A stretch of DNA of 64,000 nucleotides from Eledone cirrhosa (lineage: Eukaryota), in the NCBI GenBank assembly GCA_964016885.1, contig OZ024754.1, forward strand, positions 38,874,001-38,938,000. The letters run 5' to 3'. The translations under genes were made by a program, and so were the position numbers. The notes under the pieces are model-generated. The model saw only the letters and a list, made by a program, of their open reading frames with translations, had not been told where the DNA came from and ran no database searches. Positions 40,541 to 55,066 of this stretch are shown piece by piece; within the stretch, counting starts at the first letter, position 1, and each line of letters begins with the position of its first letter.

Positions 40541-40877
40541 TACTTTGTTTCTTCCACCCTACTCCCATGAAAAACAAATTTGTTTTTACAATGCAGTAGA
40601 TCCAACTGTTAGTCTTCTGTGCCGTTCACCATATGTATGTAACTATTAAACACCATTTAGAGAGCTCCATTTACTGAAGTAAATAGCTATACCTCTTACT
40701 AAAGCTATTGAACTTCAGATAGTTAGCTGCTAGCTATTAATGGAATGGAGCTAATTCAGTTTGGTAAATTAATTAAACAGTAATTAGATTTTAAATAAAT
40801 TGTTAAATTAATTGGCAATAATTTGGATTGTATTTTGTGTTATTTATAGACACAGCTTTGTTGTCAATTACAATTGT

Positions 40878-41037
40878 GGGTAATTCTTCACACAGGGCAG
40901 GGGTAATTCTTCACGCAGGGCAGGGGTAATTCTTCGCGCAGGGCAGGGGTAATTCTTCACGCAGGGCAGGGGTAATTCTTCACGCAGGGCAGGGGTAATT
41001 CTTCATGTAGGGCAGGGGTAATTTTTCACATAGGGGT
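40878..41037. repeat. 23-bp tandem repeat, ~7 copies
   Basis: CAGGGGTAATTCTTCACGCAGGG. Confidence 0.9.
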
Positions 41038-41094
41038 AGGGAATGAACATGTTTGTGAGGGTGGTTCACCACATATGGAAGTGGTCTGAGAGTG

Positions 41095-42195
41095 TGGTTT
41101 CTAATCTAGGCACAAGACCAGCAATTTGGTAGGTGGAGGAGAGAAACGATCAAATTGATTTCAGTACTTGTCAGGTACTTTATTTTATTGAACTCTGGAA
41201 GTTGACTTTCTCAGGATTTGAACCCAAAACAGAAACAGTTATAATTAAATGCCCCAAAATATTTTGTCCGACGCCCTAACCCTAACAATTCTGGAGATCA
41301 ACAACTCTAAATAATGGTTCCTAATTTAGGCACAAGGCCCGCAATGTTTGAGGAAAAGCAAAGTCAATTACACTGACCCTAATACTTGACTGACACTTTA
41401 TTTTATCAACCCTAGAAGGACGACGAAAGGAAATTGAGTATCTGATAAGTGGTAAAAGCCTGTCCCAGAAAGTGTCCTTGATGACAGACGCAAACGCAGG
41501 ATAGTCTGGGACTTGACTATTCTAATGGACCACGAGTTTCAACACGACCTAATATTGTAGTTATGACATCTGGCAAGATATGGGAAGAAAACAGAATTCA
41601 AAGGAACTTTCACATAATAATAATAATAATTGTTTCTACTTTTGGCACAAGGCCAGCAATTATCCCAGTGCATTACTGGTACTTTATTTTATCGACCCCA
41701 TAAGGATGAAAGGCAAAGTCAACCTCGGTAGGATATGAACTCAGAATGGCAAGGGCCGTAACTCTATGCATCAAAGCATGGCGTCCGACCCTCTACCGAT
41801 ACTGCCATTCCACCGCCCTAATAATAATAATAATAATGGTTTCTACTATAGGCTCAAGGCCAGCAATTTTAGGGGAGGGGAAGTCAATTAAATAGATCCC
41901 AGTGCATTACTGGTACTTTATTTTATCGACCCCCCGTAAGGATGAAAGGCTAAGCTAACCTTGGCGGAATTTGAACTCAGATCATAAAGGGCCGTAACTC
42001 TATGCTGAAAAGCATAGTGACAGACGCTCTACCAATTCTGCCAATCTACTACCCTAATAATGATTTCTACTAAATGCACAAGGCCAACAATTTGGGGGGA
42101 GGGGAAGTCGATCAAACGCTGCCAATTCATTACTGGTACTTAATTTTATTGACCCCTGTAAGGATGAAAGGCAAAGTTAACCTCGGCAGGATTAA
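41095..42195 (-). mobile_element. Cluster of five SINE copies and fragments of different ages
   Basis: Cores at ~41095, 41310, 41625, 41835, 42060, all on the same strand. Confidence 0.75.
41445..41570 (+). mobile_element. R4/Dong-like RLE retrotransposon remnant
   Basis: PVPESVLDD..RIVWDLTILMDHEF..RPNIVV resembles P..V.EN...ILWD..IQTD....RPDIVV. Confidence 0.5.
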
Positions 42196-43304
42196 ATAAT
42201 AATAATAATAATAATATTTTCTTGAGCAAAAGAGAGGAAGTAATTATTCTTCATCATCATCATCATCTTTGTTTAACGTCCATCTTCCACGCTAGCATAT
42301 GTAGCAATTGAATAAAATAGGTATCCAAAAATATGGAGTGAGGATGAGGGGAACATTGTAAAACAAACAAACAAACAAACAAAAAAAAAATTGTAGGAAA
42401 CCAATCCACAAGAACTGGAACGAGCCAGCCATAGAATCCAGTTAGATCCATATTAAATCCACCCCCACCCCCACTATAAAAAAAGATATGGAATAAACAA
42501 CATCACAATAATAAACACCTCATTATCAACAATATAAAAAATAATAACATATATAGATACAAAAAAAGAATAGAATTTATATATGATCACATTACAAACA
42601 TACAAGATGGTGCCCCAGCATGGTCGCAGTCTAATGACTGTAACCAATAATAAAATGAGAAAAATAATTTTAATATTGTTTTTTTTTAAACTTTTTTTTT
42701 GGGGGCAAATAAAAACAAAAACAAATAAACACTATATATAAATACACTATATATATATACATATATACATACATACATAAAATATATATATACATACATA
42801 AAATATATATACATACATAAAATATATATACATACATTATATATATATATATATACATGATATATATATATCTACATACATAATATATACATACACAAGT
42901 ATATATATATATTTGCATTCTCGTTAAGCAATCATGCACAAATTAATGCAAACTTTCATTAATATAATCTCTGATGCAGCAAAGAAGCAACAAACAACCA
43001 AAGCACACATGCACACGCATATACATATATGCACACATACAAGCATGCACTCACACACACCTATCTATCTATTAAGTAGTGCCCAAGTATAAATTAACCT
43101 TCTGGACTCTCCAGCTGCATTATGTCACCGATAGAGTAATCTCCCCTTGACACATAATGCAATGTCATGGGAGACAACTCATAAAAGTTTCTAGTGTGCT
43201 AAAGTCAGCTCATCTTGAGTAAACCAGTGGCACCATTTTCTCTCTTATCCACTAGCCTACTGACATATATATATTTGTTCACTGTATGGTTTTATAGAGG
43301 GATA

Positions 43305-43366
<62 letters not shown>

Positions 43367-43637
43367 CGCGCTTGAGAGAGAAAGAGAGAAAGCGATAAAC
43401 GAAAATTTGAACTCATTTATATATTTATATATATGTAGATCATGTTCTCTTATACCATATTCTTATTAATATACACCTTAACTCCATTATAAATTTTATC
43501 ATACATTTCTGTAGCATTAAGAAGCCTACAACTTTTGGCTGAAACCGGTACGATTAATTCGTTTTTTGTAAATAAACATTTTGCTGTTATTCTGTGAGAA
43601 AATCCCATTAGCATTTTCTACTGTTTTTCCTATTTTA

Positions 43638-43687
<50 letters not shown>

Positions 43688-43689
<2 letters not shown>

Positions 43690-44064
43690 AAGAGACTCAC
43701 TCAGATGGTGGATGGGTGCTACACGAGAATGCTGAGGATGGCTCTGAACATTAATCAGTATACACTGAGGATGAAAAACTCAGAGCTGCATGGGAGCATC
43801 CCAAAAGTCAGCTCAAAAGTGACACAGAGGAGACTGAGGTTGGCTGGACATGCTCACCGACATCCAGAGTTGACATTGCACTCAGTGCTCCTGTGGGAGC
43901 CCCTACATGGACACACTAGAAGAGGAAGACCAAGGTTAACATATGTTGATGCCCTAAGGACAGACACTGGTCTGTTGGAGATGCAGGATATGGCAGCGAT
44001 AATGAGGGACAGAGACCGCTGGAGAGAACTCGTCCATGGATCTCGGGAATTTTACCCGCCTTAG
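43688..44064 (+). mobile_element. RTE-related LINE 3' coding fragment inside (TA)n
   Basis: DGCYTRMLRMALN..RRLRLAGH..RH..LLWEP.HG..RRGRPRLTYVD.L..DTG..DRDRWR; uninterrupted frame. Confidence 0.85.
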
Positions 44065-44095
<31 letters not shown>

Positions 44096-44207
44096 CAGAT
44101 ATATATATATATACACAGATACAGTCCTATACAAGTGAGACATGGTCACCTGATCAATCTTGCCTCAAGTGGGACAATTTCCGTCTAACCCATGCTAGGG
44201 TGGCAGA

Positions 44208-44250
<43 letters not shown>

Positions 44251-44253
<3 letters not shown>

Positions 44254-44407
44254 CGAAGGAGTTGTGTTAAGGAACCAGATGGAACATATTGCACCAGAGT
44301 ACTCAATACTTAGGGTAGTAGAGTGGGTAATAGGAAAGTGTATGACCCCGACGGCAGAGCTCAAGCCGTTTCGACGTCTATTTCAGAAATAGCTGGCGGG
44401 GTCATAC

Positions 44408-44415
<8 letters not shown>
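44251..44415. mobile_element. Family C Penelope-like end
   Basis: AACGAAGGAGTTGTGTTAAGGAACCAGATGG...GACCCCGACGGCAGAGCTCAAGCCGTTTCGAC; short inverted arm; TA flanks. Confidence 0.7.
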
Positions 44416-44461
<46 letters not shown>

Positions 44462-44481
44462 ACACACATATTTATACACAT

Positions 44482-44512
<31 letters not shown>

Positions 44513-45038
44513 CACACACACACATATATGTATATATATACATATATACATATATACACACCTCACCACAAACTTACCTGTATGTTACATATACAATGCA
44601 AGTTATATTAACTCATGCCAAAGCATTAAGCGTTATCTTCCACAGAGAATCAAAACATATTTTAGTAAGAAACAAAATGCACAAAAAACAAAAAAAAAGC
44701 CATATTTTTCATGATGCGATATTTACAAAAACAAAAACAACAAAAACATAAACCTACAATAATAAATAATATAAAACAACATTAAATAATAACAAATAAG
44801 CCCAACAACAGAAATATATTAAAAGCGTAACAAAACAGGCTTGACTTTAACTAAGGTTGGTATTCTTGGTCTGATTCTACCTTATGCTAATGATTACTTA
44901 TATATTATACATACATATATTTATATATATGTGTATATATATGTGTATATATATATATATATACAACAATAATAATAGTGAGTATAACCGAAGTTGCAGC
45001 TGCGAGTAAGAGGTTCGGAATCAATTCTTTGGAATATA

Positions 45039-45078
<40 letters not shown>

Positions 45079-45097
45079 TATACACATATGTATGTAC

Positions 45098-45128
<31 letters not shown>

Positions 45129-45162
45129 TATATACATACATATATATACACACATATGTATG

Positions 45163-45198
<36 letters not shown>

Positions 45199-45898
45199 TA
45201 TATACATATACACACATATATATACATATATATACACATATACATACATATACACATATACATACATATACACATATGCATATATATATACATATACACA
45301 TATACATATATACATACATATACACATATGCATATATATATACATATACACATATACATATATATATACATACATACATATACATACATATACATATATA
45401 TATATACATACATATACATATATATATATATGTGTGTATATATATATATATATATAAATACATACATACACATATATATATATATATATATATACATATA
45501 CACTCACACTGAAATACTGATAGAGGTTAACTTTAAACATATACATATATATATTTATCTATATATACACACGTGTATATATAGATGTACACACATATAT
45601 TAACCTTAACGATAACAATGATAATAATTGTAATGAAAAATAGTAAAATATAAAACAAACATGAATTAATGAATGAAAGAGCAGCAGGCTGAGGTGTTAA
45701 TTTTTGTAATTCAGGTAACATTGTTATTATTATTGTTAGAGTGAGGGGAGGGGTGGAGCAGGGATTTGGTCCTCTTAACTTGGTTAGTTGAACTTATTCA
45801 AGGGCATGGAGGGGGTGGGTATGGTGAAGGGGACCAGTAGATTTTTAAAAAAAAGTGGGGTCGTGGCCAGAACATGCTGCAACAACACTGCCACTTAC

Positions 45899-45946
45899 TA
45901 ATGTTGTAACCACGCAGCTCCTTTATATTGAACTCAGGCTCTTGTT
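45899..45946 (-). CDS. 48-bp internal coding exon of the unidentified gene
   Basis: Strong acceptor TTTTTGCCCTTCTTTGTCCAG, donor GTAAGT, phase 1-1: EQEPEFNIKELRGYNI. Confidence 0.75.
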
Positions 45947-47314
45947 CTGGACAAAGAAGGGCAAAAATGATAAAAAAAATTTTTTAATGAAAATCAAAAA
46001 AAATATATAATTTTACAAAAAAATAATTTTTAAAAAAAAATTTACAAAAAAATAATAATTTTACAAAAAAATAATTTAAAAAATTTACAAAAAACTAATT
46101 AAAAAATAAATATTGGTTTGTTTATGAAGCATTGGATAAATGAATAAAAAAAAAACTGTTTCCTTATTGAAAAGCTGGTACAATGTCGAACTATATAGAT
46201 ACCAGTTGACTGAGTAAGGTAAATAAAATACACCTGGAGATAGAAAAAATGTACAGAGTTATCTACCTGTGGGTATCAACCCACACATCTGTCGTATTTG
46301 TCTCCGGGGGGTACCTAACCTGACTTATCTAACTATTATTTATAGTTTAACTGCATTGTGGCCGCTTTCCAAAAAGCAAACAATTTCAAAAAATAAAAAA
46401 AATAATAATAGCTACAAAAACAACAACAAATGATAAAATAAATAAACCAATTTCATTGATGATGTCAAAATATGATAAAATGAAATTAATATAAATTATA
46501 AATAAATAAAAATAAACAGGCAAGGAAAGGAGTTGATTATCAGATCAGACTAAGGAAAATATGTTTCCATCGGAAGTTTTTATTTTTTCCTTTTTACTAA
46601 ATTTATGGCTCACACCTAAATAGTTTTAGCTGGTCCCCTATGAAGTTTCTGGGGTGTTTTAATGTTCAAAACCCTGGTCCTATCATGCAAAGCAACATAA
46701 AATGAAATGTGCTGCTCAGGAACCCAACATGTTGCCCAGTCCAAAAGTCGAACCCATGACTTTATGATTGAGTCCTGTACCCTAACCACTAGGCCACATG
46801 CATTCATGTTTCTTTGTTTTGTTTTTTCATTGGTGATACTATTTGCCAGCCAGTTGCAATTCCTGGCAGGATGAGACAGGATTTGAACTCAGATAACACA
46901 GAACTGTATCAAAGACTGCAAGGCATCCTATCCAACTCTTTAACAATTATTCTGCCAATCCACCACCCCAGAACTTGACTGTTACTTTATTTAATGACAC
47001 CCAGAAAGGAAGGAAGTCAAGTTGACAGATAATGAGATTTGAACTCAGATTACGGGAGAAACAAATAATAAATGCATCTGAGATTCTAATGACTGTCAAT
47101 TCCCCACACTAAAATGACTGTTAAATCACCACATTACAATAAACAATACCTGAAATTGAAATGAAGGTTAAAAAAATGATGATGATTATTATTATTATTT
47201 TTCTGTGTGTTATTTAGTTTAGCCAGTTTGGAAATGATTGGTGGAATTATAGAAGATAAAATAGATTTTATACATATGACTCCTATCCCAATCCCATCAA
47301 TGCTATGAGGAAAA

Positions 47315-47660
47315 GCAAGCAGTCCACCCTGTAATGTGGTAGTGCTGGTGCCACATCAAAGAGCACCCAGTCCACCCTGTAATGAGGTAGTGCTGGTGCC
47401 ACATCAAAGAGCACCCAGTCCACCCTGTAATGTGGTAGTGCTGGTGCCACATCAAAGAGCACCCAGTCCACCCTGTAATGAGGTAGTGCTGGTGCCATAA
47501 TAAAAATGTACCCAGTCCACTCTGTAATGTGGTAGTGCTGGTGCCACAACAAAAAGCACCCAGTCCACCCTGTAATGTGGTAGTACTGGTGCGACAACAA
47601 AAAACACCCAGTCAACACTGTATGGCAGTAGTGCTGGTGCCATAATAAAAATGTACCACA
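47315..47660. repeat. 48-bp minisatellite inside an RTE-tailed SINE
   Basis: Unit CAGTCCACCCTGTAATGTGGTAGTGCTGGTGCCACATCAAAGAGCACC; the SINE 3' part follows at 47710-47885. Confidence 0.85.
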
Positions 47661-47885
47661 TTACAGATAATGTGGTACAGCAAGGGTCATGATATAATGC
47701 TTAATGCTTCCAGTACACTCTGTAAAGAGGGTGACATTAGAAAGAGCATCCAGCCATAGAAACCAATGCAAAAAAGAAAGTGTATGAGCAAAACGTGGTC
47801 ACTTGAACAGTCTATCCTCACTATAAGACAACCTGTCTAACCCATGCAAGCATGGAAAACAGATATTAAACAGTGGTGCTGATGA

Positions 47886-47915
<30 letters not shown>

Positions 47916-47918
<3 letters not shown>

Positions 47919-48128
47919 AAAAAGTTTAACCCCGACGGCAGAGCTCAAGCCGTTTCGACAGCTATTTCTGGACTTAATTAGAAAATTTAGTCCAGAAATA
48001 GCCGTCGAAACGGCTTGAGCTCTGCTGTCGGGGTTAAACTTTTTCCTATTACCCACTCTACTACCCTAAGTATTGAGTACTCTGGTAGGTTATGGTCCAT
48101 CTGGTTCCTTACCACAACTCCTTCGTTC
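47916..48128. mobile_element. Family C Penelope-like end, opposite orientation, ~60-bp inverted arms
   Basis: TAGGAAAAAGTTTAACCCCGACGGCAGAGC..CTGGACT / AGTCCAGAAATAGCCGTCGAAACGGC..TTTTCCTA. Confidence 0.72.
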
Positions 48129-48149
48129 GGTATATATATATATATATAT

Positions 48150-48335
48150 ATAATTGTTTCTACTTTTGGCACAAGGCCAGCAATTACCCCAGTGCATTAC
48201 TGGTACTTTATTTTATCAACCCCGTAAGGATGAAAGGCAAAGTTAACCTCGGCGGGATTTGAACTCGGAACGTAAAGAGCCATAGCTCTATGTTGCAAAG
48301 CATCGTGTCTGACTACCAATACTGCCAATCCAACG
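48150..48335 (-). mobile_element. tRNA-head SINE
   Basis: Core, B box and tail. Confidence 0.8.
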
Positions 48336-49419
48336 CCAATATGCTTAATATAATATTCTTCCTTCTATTATTTTGTAATCTAACACACCAATACACATTA
48401 CATACATACACACACTCATACACTCATACATACACACACTCATACATACACACATACACACAGACTCATACATACATACATACATACACACATACATACA
48501 TACACTCATACATACATACATACACTCATACACACATACATACACTCACACATACATACATACATACATACACTCATACATACATACACTCATACATACA
48601 TACATACATACATACAGACAGACACACAGACAGACATACATACAGACAGACAGACAGAAACTAACATAGAAAGAATTTTTGTCATATATTTTGACATGCT
48701 GCTATTCTTAGTGTTGGAAATGTAACTGCAGGGAGGAATGTAAAGGCATATAAAAGACAAGAGAGAAGACAGGACCCTAGAGAAGTGCAGGGACATATAA
48801 GGTATCAGTGAAGCATGTTAACATACTATTTAATAGTACATTTCAGATATAAAGTTGCTCAGTTCACCGTCACCACACCCATCAGCACTTTAAAACCTTT
48901 TCATTGTCAGATCTTTCATGAAAGACACTGCCTATGATTTTCAAATAATTTTGAAAATAATCAAGAATTTGGAGTGATTTAGTAACATAACTTTCTCATT
49001 ATTAATTTGCAGTTTGGAAAGTAACTTAACAAAGGTTCTTATATAAAATTATGATGGAAGGTTTTTAGATAAATATAAACATTTTAACCCTTTTGTTAAT
49101 ATATTTCTAATAATGATTTCTACTTTAGGCACAAGGGCAGAGGGGAAGGTCGATTAAATCGACCCAGTGGTACCTTATTTTATCGACCCCGTAAGGATGA
49201 AAAGCAAAGCTAACCCCAGTGGGATTTGAACACATATACACACATATATATATATGTACAACTTAATAATAATAATAATAATAAAAAAACCTTGCTAATA
49301 ATTACAATTAATATTTTTAAATAAACAAATGATCACTTTTGGAAATCATGTCTACTCGTGGTTGGCCTAGGGCTAAAAACAACTATTTTTTTTCAGAATA
49401 TACTATATATGCACAACAC

Positions 49420-49950
49420 TTCAAGGCCACATGTTATACCAGTCTTGCTCACTTCAAGGCCACATGTCACACCCATCTCACCCCAAGGCCACATATCACA
49501 CCCATCTCACCTCAAGGCCACATGTCACACCATCTCGCCTCAAGGCCACATGTCACACCCATCCCGCCTCAAGGCCACATGTCACACCCATCCCGCTTCA
49601 AGGCCACATGTCACACCCATCTCGCCTCAAGGCCACATGTCACACCCATCTCGCCTCAAGGCCACATGTCACACCCATCCCGCTTCAAGGCCACATGTCA
49701 CACCCATCTCGCCTCAAGGTCACATGTCACACCCATCTCGCCTCAAGGTCACATGTCACACCCATCTCGCCTCAAGGTCACATGTCACACCCATCTCGCC
49801 TCAAGGTCACATGTCACACCCATCTCGCCTCAAGGCCACATGTCACACCCATCTCACCTGAAGGCCACATGGTACACCCATCTTGCTCGCCTCAAGTTCA
49901 CATGGTACACCAGTCTTGCTCACCCCAAGGCCACATGTTACACCCACACC
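49420..49950. repeat. 29-bp minisatellite
   Basis: Unit CAAGGCCACATGTCACACCCATCTCGCCT. Confidence 0.92.
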
Positions 49951-50306
49951 GATTTTGAGGTTTCTTTAGTGTTTTAATGATAAGAGCTGCAGTCCTATCA
50001 TGTTTCATTTTATTACAGCTCCCACCTATCTAGGTTTAGCTGGTCTCCTATAAGGGTTTTCTTGGGTGTTTTAATAAGCGCACCAGTTATATGTTATACT
50101 TCACACCTATGTACTTTAGGTTGAGCTCTTACGAGGTTTCATATGGATATAGATATGGCTGAGTGGTTAAGAAGTCAACGTCACTCTGTGGCATTTTAGG
50201 CAAGTATCTTTACTACAGCCTGCCAGGTCAGATTGGACCAAAGAAACAATGCTTCTATTGCTCTTTCTTTTACTGTTAGAGTCTGCCAGTCACAACACCT
50301 AGCAGG

Positions 50307-50341
<35 letters not shown>

Positions 50342-50579
50342 TTGACTGTGTGCCATCACTTCATATTTGACATGGACTCTGGACATTTGTTTATGTCCTG
50401 CAGTTCAGTGATTTATAAAATCCTACATATTTCTATAAAGAAATAGCCATATATCCTGTTTATAATAGGTACAGCATGTTATATGTGCCACAAAAATTGT
50501 CTAAAATGGATTGACACCGGCTGTAAAACACTGCCTCAAAAAGGATCCTATGATGAATATGATTAAGCTAGACATAAGG

Positions 50580-51110
50580 CCCTCCCACAAGGCTAACCTT
50601 ATTTTACAAACAGAAACCCTCCCACAAGGCTAACCCTTATTTTACAAACAGAAACCTTCCCACAAGGCTAAACTTATTTTACAAACAGAAACCCTCCCAC
50701 AAGGCTAACCCTTATTTTACAAACAGAAACCCTTCCACAAGGCTAACCCTTATTTTACAAACAGAAACCCTCCCACAAGGCTAACCCTTATTTTACAAAC
50801 AGAAACCCTCCCACAAGGCTAACCCCTATTTTACCAACAGAAACTCTCCTGCAAGGCTAATCCTTATTTTACCAACAGAAACACCCCTGCAAGGCTAACC
50901 CCTATTTTACCAACAGAACCCCCCCCCCCCCCCCTGCAAGGCTAACCTCTATTTTACCAACAGAACCCTCCCACAAGGCTAAACCTTGCTTTAGTAACAG
51001 GTGAACCCAAGCAAGATTAATCTCTCCTATAGCAATGATGGCCCTCTGCATGGCTAAACCTTACTGTACCAAACATGGGTCCTCATGAAAGGCTAACCCC
51101 TACTTTAGCA
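50580..51110. repeat. 38-bp minisatellite decaying rightward
   Basis: Unit CCCACAAGGCTAACCCTTATTTTACAAACAGAAACCCT. Confidence 0.9.
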
Positions 51111-51122
51111 AAGAAAACAGCC

Positions 51123-51499
51123 TTAACCCTTTAGCATTAAAACCGGCCTTATCTGGCCAGAATTCTTTCACCACTTTCTGTTCAAGCCGGTTGTAACTGG
51201 CCACTCATACTGATGTTAAGGTATTGTCCTCAAAATACATAATATCAAAATCTCATAGATTCAATATTATGTGAGATATACCATGAAAATACAATAGTAT
51301 ATATATAGAGTAATGTAAATGCTATGTGAAATATTATGAGATAATTATGTGAGGTAAAGCCTTTACCATGAAAATACAATAGTAAATATAGAGTAATGTA
51401 AATGCTATGTGAAATATTATGAGATAATTATGTGAGGTAAAGCCTTTACCATGAAAATACAATAGTAAATATAGAGTAATGTAAATGCCAAAGGGTTAA
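51123..51499 (+). mobile_element. TTAA-flanked MITE (piggyBac-like ends) with internal tandem duplication
   Basis: TTAA|CCCTTTAGCATT ... AATGCCAAAGGG|TTAA; inverted homologue at 55067-55297. Confidence 0.7.
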
Positions 51500-51827
51500 T
51501 ACATTTGTTGTTGTTGCTGTATAGACAGAAATAGACTTAATAGTACATGTTATAAAGTAAATAAGTAAATAGACATATTTCTGTAGATAGGAAAATGATG
51601 GTTAGAGGAAAATAACTTGTAGTTACATGGAAGGAAATGAAATTCTTGATACTTAAGAACTAAGTGAAACCATCTTATGGCTTTCATACATATATACACA
51701 CACATACACACATATATGTGTATATATATGTGTATATATATATATATTATATATATTATATATATATTATGTATATATATATATTATATATATATTATGT
51801 ATATATATATATATATTATATATATAT

Positions 51828-51869
<42 letters not shown>

Positions 51870-52495
51870 GTATATATATATATATATGTTATATGTATAT
51901 ATCATATTTTATCTCTCTATATATATACATACACATCATATATATATATTATATGTATATATCATTTTATCTATCTATCTATATATATATATATATATAT
52001 ATATAATAATTGTACTAATAATAAATATTTGCTTTATGGGCTTATATATACTTATATATATATATATATATATACTTATATATATATATATATATATATA
52101 TACAATCCTTATCAAGCCCTCTTCGGATTTTGGTCTTTGTATTTATTATAGCTACATGTGTGTGTGTGTGTGTGTGTTATTATAGCTACATGGGTGTGTG
52201 TATGTTATACACATACACACATAGTTGCATCAGCTATGAGCTAACAATATCTTCATGAGAAGTTGTTTCCAAATGTGTCTGGAAGCAGTGAAATACTGAA
52301 GTAGTTACAATGCAAGTTATGTGATAGTTGGCAATGGTTTAATCTATAACAACCATTGCTGCAACTGGCAACCACAACTGTGACTAAAGTCTGGTAACCA
52401 GATAGTAGACGCTTGTGTAGAAGCTACTAATACAATCATCACTCACAATCAAGTATGACCCAATAGTATGTGACCTTGTTTTTGCTATGCAGTAA

Positions 52496-53728
52496 GGCAT
52501 TGATTCCCAGTGTGGGATGTACACCCAACAGGGGGAGCAATTTTAATATTTAAGGGGGTTATTTGAAAATGATCTTAATGAGAACAAATTTAAGGTTTAT
52601 TACTTTATTACTTTTACACCAAGGCAACTTTGGTAGACATTATTGTCAGAAACTCCTGTCTCGCCTCCTCTACCACATGTTATTGTACATCTAGCACCAT
52701 CTATATGGTACACATTACTGTCAGAAACTCCTGTCACACCTCCTCTACCACATGTTATTGTACATCTGGCACCATCTATATGGTACACATTACTATCAGA
52801 AACTCCTGTCACACCTCCACCACATGTTACTGTGTATCTGGCACCACCTATATGGTACACATTACTGTCAGAAACTCCTGTCACACCACCACCACATGTT
52901 ACTGTGTATCTGGCACCATCTATATGGTACACATTACTGTCAGAAACTCATGTCTCACCTCCTCTACCACATGTTATTGTACATCTGGCACCACCTATAT
53001 GGTACACATTACTGTCAGAAACTCCCGTCACACCTCCACCACATGTTATTGTACATCTGGCACCACCTATAGGGTACACATTACTGTCAGAAACTCCTGT
53101 CACACCACCACCACATGTTACTGTGTATCTGGCACCATCTATATGGTACACATTACTGTCAGAAACTCATGTCTCACCTCCTCTACCACATGTTATTGTA
53201 CATCTAGCACCATCTACATGGTACACATTACTGTCAGAAACTCCTGTCACACCTCTACCACATGTTATTGTACATCTGGCACCACCTATATGGTACACAT
53301 TACTGTCAGAAACTCCTGTCACACCTCCACCACATGTTACTGTGTATCTGGCACCACCTATATGGTACACATTACTATCAGAAACTCCTGCCACACCTCC
53401 ACCACATGTTATTGTACATCTGGCACCAGCTATATGGTACACATTACTGTCAGAAACTCCTGTCACACCTCCACCACATGTTACTGTGTATCTGGCACCA
53501 TCTATATGGTACACATTACAGTCAGAAACTCCTGTCTCACCTCCTCTTCCACATGTTATTCTGACAGTAATGTCTACCAAAGTTGCCTTAGTCTCAAAGT
53601 AATATAGTAAAACCTGAAGTTTATTCTCATTAACATCATTTTCAAATGACCCCTATATAAATATTCAAATAATCCCCCCCCCCCCAACATCCCTGTGTAG
53701 TGTGCGCCCCACATTGGGAATTGGTGCT
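52496..53728. mobile_element. Foldback/MITE with ~155-bp TIRs enclosing a 72/75-bp tandem array (PIF/Harbinger-like ends)
   Basis: 52496-52650 is inverted at 53560-53728; flanks TAA and TTA; ~13 internal units starting TGTCAGAAACTCC. Confidence 0.75.
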
Positions 53729-54809
53729 TTAGATGCATTTTGGACTAAACAAATCTACAAGCATGGCTACTGTTTTAATAAAACACAATAGAGTATTCAT
53801 TGAAAATAGTAGACAACACAGAAGTACCGTTAAATGGAAGGAAGGTGGGTTTTTTGTTTGTTTGGGTTTTTTGTTGTTTTTCTGGGAGTAAAACATTGAT
53901 TCTAATTCAGTTTCACTGAAGTTCATTTGTTCCGGAAAATCAGATAACGAACATGTATAAATAAACAGCTTATATATCTATCTCTCTCTTTCTCTATATA
54001 TATATATATATAACTTTAATGGTTAAATAACTTCAAATATAAACACTGCCTTCTTCCACATATGTATACACATATATGTATACACATATATGTGTATACA
54101 TATATGTATACACATAAGTTATACATATATGTGTATACATATATGTATACACATCTAGCGTGGAAAATGGACATTAAACGAAGATGATGATGATGATGAT
54201 GATGATATAAGTGTATACACATATAAGTGTATACACATATAAGTGTATACATATATGTGTATACATATATGTATACACATATATGTATACACATATATGT
54301 ATACACATATATGTATTCACATATGTATACACATATATGTATACACATGTATACACATATGTATGCACATATGTATATTCATATATGTATGCACCTATGT
54401 ATACATATACAATATGACTAGTATGAGTATACATACATTTAAATATATATCATCATTTCATTTTTACGTCCGCTTTTCCCTGCTTGCAAGGGTGGGACGG
54501 GAACTGATTCTGGCTTGATTTCTACAGCTGGATGCCCTTCCTAACACCAACCTCATTTACAGTGAGTGCTGGGTGCTTTTTTGCTGTGGCACCTCCACGA
54601 CCACTTTGCAGTGGAATGATAGGGACCCCAGTCCTATCATCTCATTTCTACAGCTGAGTAAACTAGAGCAATGTGAAATAAAGTGTCTTGCTCAAGGAGA
54701 CAACACATCACTCAGACTCACAACCTTTCGATTGCAAGTTCAATCGGGGGTAACCACAGTAAGTAAGGTACTCAATACATAGCAGAGTATAAATGTTTTA
54801 ATGTAGAAC

Positions 54810-54860
54810 AGCTTCTACAGGACTAGAACTGTTTCATTCATTAATAATCATCAGGAGGCT
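54810..54860 (-). ncRNA. Hammerhead-like core (family G)
   Basis: Minus: AGCCTC-CTGATGA-TTATTAATGAAT-GAAA-CAGTTCTAGTCCTG-TA-GAAGCT. Short inverted copy at 54861-54882; core-deleted relative at ~55590-55635. Confidence 0.55.
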
Positions 54861-55066
54861 TCCTGTAGAAGCTTTTCTACATAAAAAAAAAAATATATAT
54901 ATATACACACACAGACATATACATACACACACATGCACACATACACACACATGCACACATACACATATACAAACATCATTATCATTGTTTCTATTTTTCA
55001 TACTTGTTGGGTGTGGCAATAGCTCCAGAGGCAGTATTCTAAAGCCAAATTTCCTTTTCTTGTATT

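Noticed and set aside
43099-43168. Possible alternative first exon MTLHYVSRGDYSIGDIMQLESPE (minus)
   Set aside because: Phase-compatible, but the donor GTTAAT is weak and there is no other support.
43510-43560. AGCC..GGCT-GAAA-CCGG-TA, possible decayed hammerhead
   Set aside because: CUGANGA is not intact and there is no stem I; plausible relic but unsupported alone.
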